From Candidatus Curtissbacteria bacterium (GTDB taxonomy: Bacteria; Patescibacteriota; Microgenomatia; Curtissbacterales; GWA2-41-24), in contig JAUYIQ010000012.1 of NCBI GenBank assembly GCA_030688205.1, positions 1 to 38,807 on the forward strand: a DNA stretch of 38,807 nt. Reading direction: 5' to 3'. The notes beneath the pieces were generated by a model. The model did not search any database. It worked only from the letters and a program-made list of their open reading frames with translations, and was not told the origin of the DNA. A program made the translations under genes and the position numbers. Below, in pieces: positions 33,401 to 38,807 of the stretch. Each line of letters begins with the position of its first letter. The first letter of the stretch is position 1.

Positions 33401-36400
33401 GCTTGTAACGTCAACTGTTACAGCATTGCTGGTTGACGTATTAGTGGCAACTGTTCCAAAGGGTGTCAGTTGATTAACTCCAGTAAAGCTCATAGCGCCT
33501 GCAGTTACTCCCTTGGAAGCAGATAGTGAAACAACTACACTATTTGTTCCGGTTGGCGGATTAACCAGTCTCCAAAGTTCAACTCGTCTGCTATTACCGA
33601 AGCTTACCCCCTGAACAAGTGATAATGAGGTGCTACTATAGGTAACCCCTGTTATGGTTGCACCCCCCGAAAGTTCAGCGGCTACACCGACGGTCAGTAT
33701 TCTATTGGCTCCGTTAGTAGTGACCGTATGGTTAAAACTTAAGCTGTTTGTAATTGCATTAGAACTGGAGGCATTATCAAAAGCAATCCCGGAATAAACT
33801 AGCTTCCTTTGCAAACCGCCGAATTGGGCTTCAACCTCTTCGGTTGAGCCACCACCGGCAACAGTTGATTTTGATCCGCCGGAGCAAGTTGCCGTCTCAC
33901 AATCAATAAATCTTAAATCACCATTAGTTACTTGATAATATGAAATCTTGCAATCGGTAACCGAAAGACAAAACATTGACGAATATTGACCGGTGTTATT
34001 GGCCGAATCAAGAGTCTGGAAGTTGTTTCCTGATGTACAATCGGTATTGCCGCAAACTAAAAATTTTAAGTCGCCAACCGTTCCTGAAGTACTGGCATCC
34101 TGGTTATCGTAATAATAGCTAATTCTGGGGATATCGGCAGCGTCAAGCCTAAGCGATGCAAAAAGCCTAATGTCAGCCCCGCTGCTAACCCGTTCAATCC
34201 TGGTCAAGCCGCTATTGGTCGAACAGGAAACATTGGTGCATCTGACAAACTTTAAAAAGTCACCGGAACTAAAAAAGTCATAATAAGCAATTCTTGAAAA
34301 GCCGTCGCTACCAATTGCTAAACTAATTCCATCCAAGCCAGCTGATCCTGTCCCATCAATGGTTTGGATGGTATCGGTTGTTGAACAAGCAGCGTTGGTA
34401 CAGTGAACAAATTTTAAAGCCTGGGGACTACCATTACTAAAATAAGCAATCTGGGCATTACCGGAAGAGTCTAATTTTATACCAATATTAAAGCTGTCTG
34501 GAAAGGCACTCACAGTGATTGTCGTATCAGGCGCATTATTGTTTCTGGCAGAACAAGTGGCATTGGTGCATTGGATGAATCTTAAGTCGTCAGTGGTCGT
34601 GTCATAATAGGAAATCCTCGCAAAACCATCAGAGCCCAAATCTAAGGCACTGCCATTACCGACATCACCATTGACCGTGCAGCCGACACAGCCGTCAATT
34701 GTAGTCGTAGTTCCGGTTGAGCAGGCCGAATTATCACAATCCCGAAAAATCAAATCGCCTGCGGTGGTATCGTAATATGAAATCTTGCAGTCAGTTGAGG
34801 AAACACAGGCCAAAGAAGGGCTGTGACCGGTATTATTAGCAGTATCAATCGAAGTAGCCGTACCGGTCGTACATTTAGCATTATCACAGTCATAAAATTC
34901 CAAATCGCCTCCGGACTGGTCGTAATAAGCAATCTTGCAATCGTCAGTCGCTACGCAATAAATAGAAGTATAGCGGCCAACATCATTGGTGGTATCTACA
35001 GCTTGAATATGAGTATGATTGCTAAATTCAAAAGCCTTGCCGCGTCTTACCACCACTCCGGATTGGGCCGTACCGGCTGCAGTTGCCGGAGAGGAAATAT
35101 GGCCTAAGTCATTGCCCACGAAGTTAAAATTGGCGCCGCTGCCTGTCCAGTCAATGGTTGTTGCATCAGAAGAATCAGCGTAAACCTGTTCCGCGCTGTC
35201 TTTGATGACATAAGCGATCAAATCGGAATTGGTTGAATCATAAGTTAAGGAAGCACTGGTTAGATTGGTTTCGCCGGAGAATGGCTGATCCAAAGTATTT
35301 GAACAGGCTGCATCGGTGCAATCAATAAAGGTCACGTCCTTATCCCAATCGTCGAAGAAAAAGACTTTGCAATCCTGGGCTTGAGTCGGCGTGCCATCAC
35401 TTGGACAAAAAATTGAAGGCCGCATATTAGCATGCGTTGCATTCTTAAGATCGTTGATGGTTGGAGCGGAACAGGCAGCGTCATTACAATCCACGAAATT
35501 AATATCCCGATCTGTGGTATCGGCATAAGAAACTTTACAGTCATCGGCCGCCGGGCAATGGATATCGACAAAGCCTTCATATTGGGCGGTTCCAACATCA
35601 GTGTCAATGTCGAACGGGCCGCCGCCGTCAAACGAACTGCAGGCTGCATTGGCGCAATCGGCAAAAGTAACATCACCATCTGTTGAGTCAAAGTAAACGA
35701 CTTTGCAATCGGCAGCAGTCGGGCAGTCAAGAGCCGGCTTGCCATAACTGCCAACGTCAGTATCAATGTCGGAAATCGCATCTCTGGTTGCACAATTAGC
35801 CGTAGCGCAATCGGCAAAAGTAATGTCTCCGGTTCCACCAACATCAGTCCCGTTATCAAAATAGACTATTTTGCAATCAAATGAGGCGCCAGCCAAACAG
35901 TCAACGGCTGAAACTGAAACAAAACCGCTTCCAACATCAGCGTCAATGTCTTGCTGGCCGCCGTTAGTCGAACAATCAACCGCATCACAATCGACGAAAG
36001 TAACATCATCATCAGTGTCGTCAAAGTAAACTACCTTGCAATCTCCCGCTCCCGCTCCGCAACTGATTGAAACCGAGGCTGAAGTACCAACGTCGGTATC
36101 AATGTCAAAAGCAGTACTGTCAAGGCTCGAACAGGCTACGTTGGCACAATCGGCAAAAGTGATGTCACCATCGGTTGAGTCAAAGTAAGCAATTTTGCAA
36201 TCAGCCGCAGTCGGGCAATCCAAATCAACCCGGGCGGTTGATCCGACGTCTGTATCAACATCATTAATCGTTGGTGCATCGCAATCTGCTCCGTTGCAAT
36301 CAACAAAAGTAATGTCACCGTCCGTTTTGTCAAAATATGCCAGCTTACAATCGTTTTGGGCCGGGCAATAGATTGAAACCGCAGCATCAGAAGTTGTATT

Positions 36401-38807
36401 GGCATCCCCGCTGGCAACGTCGGTATCAATGTCAATACTGCTCTTGCCCCAGGTACTCCCGTTGAATTTATAAAAGTTAGTAGCTGTCGTTCCGGAAACT
36501 GTCAAAGCCCATAAATTTGTGCCGTCTGTCGTAACCGAGTAGATATTGTCAGTAACTGAGGCAATCGTCGTATTGCTGGTTGTCCAACTGGTGCCGTCAA
36601 AAACTGAAGCCGAAAGATTGCCGTCCTGATAAACCATATGCAGATTGTTGCCAATGGTAACCAGAACAGGCCTGGCGCCCGTTGACGGCGCAAAAGCAAT
36701 GTTGTCAGTGAACCCCACCCAGGGGTTGTTGTCCGTGGTCGTAGTGTCGTTCTCGGGCAGGTCGCTCCCCGAGGCATCGCCGATGCGAAGGCTGGTTGTG
36801 TGGCTGGTAATTATCGGGTCGCCACCGGTGCCAACCTCGATAACAAGGCGGTCGCCCGCGACAGTCGTATAGTCGGTCGCCGCGCTAGTCGCCGTGAACT
36901 GACGGTTGGTCAGCGAGGTGGCTACCACGGTGTTGTCCCTCGTGACCGTCAGGACGGTCTTCTGGACGGTGGAGCCATCGGCGGCGATAACCCTGATTCC
37001 GATGGTCGTACACATACCGTCAGCAGAGATCGGCTGTAAAGCGCGAATCTGGAACTTCAGCGCCTGCGCCCCGGTGATGGTCTGGCCGGCGGCAAGCGGA
37101 GCGCTCACATACTGGCGGAAGAGAATGTCCCTGCTGGTGGAGTCAGCGTCAGTAAAGGCCACCGTGCTCATCGCCGAGGCGATCTTGGTCGTCACCGCGG
37201 CAAGGCGGGCGGCGATGGTCGTGTCCTCCCAGGCCGAGTCGTAGCCGGGGCTTACGGCAGCAGCACCGGTCGAAGGTAAATAAAAGCGGTTAGCAGCGCT
37301 CTCGGTAGTAAGACCGGAATACGACAACCGCTTGACTGAAACGCCAACTATCGTCCAGTCACACGAGCAAGAAGCAGTCCAGCTCATAGTAACAGTGGTA
37401 GCTCCCGGTTCGGTACTGCCTGCCTGATCCATATCGCCTTGCTCCTGATTCCAACGTTCGGTCTGACCGCCGCCAACTGTGAATGATTGTGGTTGGGCAA
37501 AAACTCCCAACACGCCATCGGCAACAATTTCACCAGTACCGCTGGAAACATCAACGGAAGCTGAGGTGCTGACACCAGAAGCCTTAGCTGCAGTTCCCAA
37601 AGGAGTCGTTTGATTGACACCAGCATAACTCATTGAACCTGCAAGTATGGCTGTATTAGCAGAAAAAGACGCTACCACATCATTTGCCCCGGTCGCGGGT
37701 GCAATCAAACGCCAAAGCTCAATTCTTCTGCCACCTACAGTTTGGCCATCAACGAAGGTAAGGCTAACACCCCCATATGTTACATCGGTGATATTAGCCG
37801 GGAAGTCATCAAAACCCACAAATACCAATAGCAAACGGTTTGAACCTGAGGTGGTATGACTATACGTTAAACTTGAGCAAGCGGTACAGGTAGAATTGGC
37901 TACAGCATCAAAAGCCAAAGTTCCTGATTCACCGGTAATATCGGTAAACGTACAGCCGGAAAATGTCAGTTTTAAAACTGCCGCTTCAGTATCCGTTGAG
38001 GTATCGGAATAGGCAAGATAGACCGTGCCGTTGTCGGCAACGGAAATGGAAACTGTAAAGCTTGCGGTATCGATTGTTCCCTGGTCGGCTGAAGTACATT
38101 TGGTTCCCAGAGCATCAGAACTTGCAGTATTTATTGTGTTTACTTCAACAGCGTCACCTGAATCATCAATCCAGGCGGCATAAATTGTGGTACCCTCAAG
38201 CCAGACCGAAGGGTTGTAGTTATCCGCATCAGCAGTATCAACATCAACGTTACTACCCCAGCTTGTTCCATTTGAGGATTTCTTGTAAAGAACATCCGTC
38301 CCGTCATTGTAAAAGGCATACCAATTACTTGAGGCATAAACTAACTTTCGCTGCAAACCTCCAAACTGGACCTCGGTTTCGGTAATGGTTGTACTTGTTC
38401 CCTGGAAAATGATAGACGGGTCAATGGAAACGGGATAAGCTCTTGCCGGGTCTGCAAGCCAAGATTGGACAGACTCGCCCAGGGTCTTGGTTAATTTATG
38501 CCCGACAACCTCCTTTTCCAATTTAAAATTAACATCATTGCTGACTTCCCCCTTACTATCCTTTAAAAATGGCTGGGAAAGTGCAAAAAATTCCTTACCA
38601 TCATCGGTATAAAAGCCAAACAACGTTGGATCGGGAGAAACAACCTTGACATCAACCGTTTTGACGGATTGTTCTATCTTATCGCCAAAATTTTTAGCCG
38701 CATCTAAGTTCTTAATAATAAATTCTTCGACTAAAAGATCGTCGGTAACGGTATATTTAAGATCAACGCCAGTAATTACCTCGTGATATATGACTTCTTT
38801 ATCTTGA
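30428..38807 (-). CDS. Giant secreted multi-propeller protein with a PVPE C-terminal sorting signal (cargo 3); 5' end lies beyond the right window edge
   Basis: The track ORF starts at a TTG at 38623. My hand translation shows the same frame stays open to base 38807 (..QDKEVIYHEVITGVDLKYTVTDDLLVEEFIIKNLDAAKNFGDKIEQSVKTVDVKVVSPDPTLFGFY..). It contains BNR/sialidase-like segments (YKKSSNGTSWG, YQKSTDGGTTW), two internal super-modules, and three 7-repeat Cys arrays. The C-terminus is APVPE-RTLYLLLATPLAYGLM-SRLKKKK. Confidence 0.8.
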   Translation of the reverse strand, partial: QDKEVIYHEVITGVDLKYTVTDDLLVEEFIIKNLDAAKNFGDKIEQSVKTVDVKVVSPDPTLFGFYTDDGKEFFALSQPFLKDSKGEVSNDVNFKLEKEVVGHKLTKTLGESVQSWLADPARAYPVSIDPSIIFQGTSTTITETEVQFGGLQRKLVYASSNWYAFYNDGTDVLYKKSSNGTSWGSNVDVDTADADNYNPSVWLEGTTIYAAWIDDSGDAVEVNTINTASSDALGTKCTSADQGTIDTASFTVSISVADNGTVYLAYSDTSTDTEAAVLKLTFSGCTFTDITGESGTLAFDAVANSTCTACSSLTYSHTTSGSNRLLLVFVGFDDFPANITDVTYGGVSLTFVDGQTVGGRRIELWRLIAPATGANDVVASFSANTAILAGSMSYAGVNQTTPLGTAAKASGVSTSASVDVSSGTGEIVADGVLGVFAQPQSFTVGGGQTERWNQEQGDMDQAGSTEPGATTVTMSWTASCSCDWTIVGVSVKRLSYSGLTTESAANRFYLPSTGAAAVSPGYDSAWEDTTIAARLAAVTTKIASAMSTVAFTDADSTSRDILFRQYVSAPLAAGQTITGAQALKFQIRALQPISADGMCTTIGIRVIAADGSTVQKTVLTVTRDNTVVATSLTNRQFTATSAATDYTTVAGDRLVIEVGTGGDPIITSHTTSLRIGDASGSDLPENDTTTTDNNPWVGFTDNIAFAPSTGARPVLVTIGNNLHMVYQDGNLSASVFDGTSWTTSNTTIASVTDNIYSVTTDGTNLWALTVSGTTATNFYKFNGSTWGKSSIDIDTDVASGDANTTSDAAVSIYCPAQNDCKLAYFDKTDGDITFVDCNGADCDAPTINDVDTDVGSTARVDLDCPTAADCKIAYFDSTDGDITFADCANVACSSLDSTAFDIDTDVGTSASVSISCGAGAGDCKVVYFDDTDDDVTFVDCDAVDCSTNGGQQDIDADVGSGFVSVSAVDCLAGASFDCKIVYFDNGTDVGGTGDITFADCATANCATRDAISDIDTDVGSYGKPALDCPTAADCKVVYFDSTDGDVTFADCANAACSSFDGGGPFDIDTDVGTAQYEGFVDIHCPAADDCKVSYADTTDRDINFVDCNDAACSAPTINDLKNATHANMRPSIFCPSDGTPTQAQDCKVFFFDDWDKDVTFIDCTDAACSNTLDQPFSGETNLTSASLTYDSTNSDLIAYVIKDSAEQVYADSSDATTIDWTGSGANFNFVGNDLGHISSPATAAGTAQSGVVVRRGKAFEFSNHTHIQAVDTTNDVGRYTSIYCVATDDCKIAYYDQSGGDLEFYDCDNAKCTTGTATSIDTANNTGHSPSLACVSSTDCKISYYDTTAGDLIFRDCDNSACSTGTTTTIDGCVGCTVNGDVGNGSALDLGSDGFARISYYDTTTDDLRFIQCTNATCSARNNNAPDTTITVSAFPDSFNIGIKLDSSGNAQIAYFSNGSPQALKFVHCTNAACSTTDTIQTIDGTGSAGLDGISLAIGSDGFSRIAYYDFFSSGDFLKFVRCTNVSCSTNSGLTRIERVSSGADIRLFASLRLDAADIPRISYYYDNQDASTSGTVGDLKFLVCGNTDCTSGNNFQTLDSANNTGQYSSMFCLSVTDCKISYYQVTNGDLRFIDCETATCSGGSKSTVAGGGSTEEVEAQFGGLQRKLVYSGIAFDNASSSNAITNSLSFNHTVTTNGANRILTVGVAAELSGGATITGVTYSSTSLSLVQGVSFGNSRRVELWRLVNPPTGTNSVVVSLSASKGVTAGAMSFTGVNQLTPFGTVATNTSTSNAVTVDVTSAKGEMVIDAVGVESVAVSSVGAGQTQRYNVQQGVEATGAGSTEEGAGTVTMSWGLAATANWGTIGVPLKPVGGAFYAFYTNGVSGDTCSSTNGCQIYYQKSTDGGTTWLSSQTVDTTDTDNYNPSVWLEGNTIYVAWIDDSSDAIEVNTINTANDTLGTKCTSADQGSIDTTSFTVSVAVADNGTVYVAYSDTSTDTEVAVFKLTFSGCTFTDITGESGSASRFYLPSTGAAAISPAYDAAWENVSIAARLAAVTTKIASAMSTVAFDDSDNADKDILFRQYVGAALTPGQTITGGQALKFQIRGFKAFVADGMRTALGVRIVNTDGSIVRKTVLAVTRDNVTLSTAALTNRQFTATSAAGNYTTVAGDRLVIEVGTGGDPFAAAHDSSLRIGDASGTDLPENDTSTTDNNPWVELADSLTFTSASGLTAGDRPVLVTIGNNLHMVYQDGDLSASVFDGSSWTTSNATIASVTDNVYSVTTDNTNLWVLTVSGTTATNFYKFNGSTWSSLTAPWPSGETELESVSITYDLENGDLYAHTIKDSSDQAYFKTTDETMITSTPSDIDTDVGSAAYASIYCLSASDCKVAYFDRTDQDVTFADCNDAACSAPTITDIDTAVGLADALPSIYCPAGDDCKIIYFDLADTDLTFADCNDATCSAPTITDIDTTVNSNYRPSIYCPAADDCKVAYHDDVDQDVTFADCNDATCSAPTLTDVDTDVGTFATTSIYCPSAIDCKVVYFDGNEEDVSFADCNDATCSAPTINDIDTDVGSAANASIYCPQATDCKVAYFDTTDQDITFADCNDATCSAPTINDIDTDVVGNFWAQASIYCPSAIDCKVVYFDGNEEDVSFADCNDATCSAPTITDIDTAVGGGIDSSVPGVYCLSASDCKVAYFDGTDGDITFADCNSAACLLGWGASTSYAFTAGDLGHISSTMTGYGTSQIGVVLRQGTNFEFAPVPERTLYLLLATPLAYGLMSRLKKKKNLVQRL
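30431..30529 (-). other. PVPE + TM helix + basic cluster sorting signal of cargo 3
   Basis: CCA GTG CCG GAG (PVPE) was verified at 30518-30529 on the minus strand, followed by RTLYLLLATPLAYGLMSRLKKKKNLVQRL. Confidence 0.65.
30828..30921. repeat. 94-nt perfect direct repeat, copy 1 (partner 31134-31227)
   Basis: Base-by-base comparison shows the identical string gtggcatcgttacaatcggcgaaggagacatcttcttcgttcccgtcaaaatagaccactttgcaatcaatcgctgatgggcaatagatcgaag. The offset is 306 nt, which is in frame. It encodes SIYCPSAIDCKVVYFDGNEEDVSFADCNDAT in blades 6 and 4. Confidence 0.9.
31134..31227. repeat. 94-nt perfect direct repeat, copy 2 (partner 30828-30921)
   Basis: See copy 1. Confidence 0.9.
32098..32734 (-). 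repeat. GC-rich domain Z, copy 2 (RFYLPSTGAAAISPAYDAAWE ... DTSTTDNNPWV)
   Basis: Hand counts give 42/60 and 44/60 G+C for lines 32221-32280 and 32281-32340, against 27/60 at 33601-33660 and 19/60 at 12001-12060. In 32153-32209, 17 of 19 codons end in G/C. It is a paralog of 36668-37288. Confidence 0.8.
33884..34999 (-). repeat. Array B: seven in-frame ~50-65-aa repeats ([SL]..C....DCKI[AS]YYD....DL.F..C....C; the first Cys pair is replaced by L.SDGF.R in the middle repeats)
   Basis: I counted seven repeats by hand: IAYYD, ISYYD, ISYYD, IAYF, IAYYD, ISYYYD, ISYYQ. Confidence 0.8.
35303..36436 (-). repeat. Array A: seven in-frame ~45-55-aa 4-Cys repeats (same consensus as array C, more diverged)
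   Basis: I counted seven repeats by hand, from IDIDTDVASGD...SIYCPAQNDCKLAYFD to ...DCKVFFFDDWDKDVTFIDCTDAAC. Confidence 0.8.
36668..37288 (-). repeat. GC-rich domain Z, copy 1 (RFYLPSTGAAAVSPGYDSAWE ... DTTTTDNNPWV)
   Basis: Hand counts give 36/60 (36781-36840) and 38/60 (37141-37200) G+C. This copy is less extreme than copy 2. Protein similarity to copy 2 is high along the whole domain. Confidence 0.8.

Noticed and set aside
30592-37244. Multiple 70-220-aa ORFs in other frames and strands overlapping the giant gene (e.g. 30592-31260 and 35332-35859 on the same strand out of frame; 32069-32368 and 36906-37244 antisense)
   Set aside because: They are by-products of repetitive and GC-rich coding sequence. 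Their translations are repetitive, Arg/Pro/Leu-rich mirror images of the real repeats, and all lie entirely inside a far longer ORF with coherent domain structure.
32098-37288. The two GC-rich domain Z copies as a diversity-generating retroelement template/variable repeat pair
   Set aside because: The copies are about 600 nt long and differ by many substitutions of all types plus indels, rather than adenine-specific changes over a ~100-150-nt tract. No reverse transcriptase or accessory gene is in the window.

Overview
This is a low-GC, tightly packed bacterial window with about 27 protein-coding genes. Several gene pairs share ATGA stop/start overlaps, and TGA is used as a stop codon. I found no rRNA, tRNA, CRISPR array or intact mobile element. 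The style fits an uncultivated small-genome bacterium such as a CPR/Patescibacteria-like organism, but that is inference only. Two themes dominate.

(1) Three separate loci each pair a ~200-aa exosortase/archaeosortase-like polytopic protein with its own large secreted cargo. The small proteins conserve Cys...Arg...His in the WNC[IL]GWQS, NxxRI and H[KND]Y motifs. Each cargo ends in the same tripartite C-terminal signal: PVPE, then a hydrophobic helix with an internal Pro, then a basic tail. Cargo 1 is an Ig-like/beta-sandwich protein. Cargo 2 is a jelly-roll-like repeat protein that appears to be the frame-shifted continuation of a processive GT2 synthase. Cargo 3 is a giant protein of more than 2,790 aa, truncated at the right window edge. 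It contains three arrays of exactly seven 4-Cys repeats and two GC-rich islands with foreign codon usage. Two of the loci are preceded by IS481-like helix-turn-helix proteins that lack a transposase core.

(2) A rearranged segmental duplication spans about 5.35-22.9 kb. Each copy carries a NitT/TauT-type ABC importer (ATPase, permease, binding protein), a PaaK/F390-synthetase-like adenylating enzyme, a small membrane-anchored Cys-motif protein, and a GT-C-like membrane protein plus a novel extracytoplasmic domain. That last pair is fused into one gene in one copy and split into two genes in the other.

All functional calls come from motifs read by eye in the supplied translations. No database search was possible.
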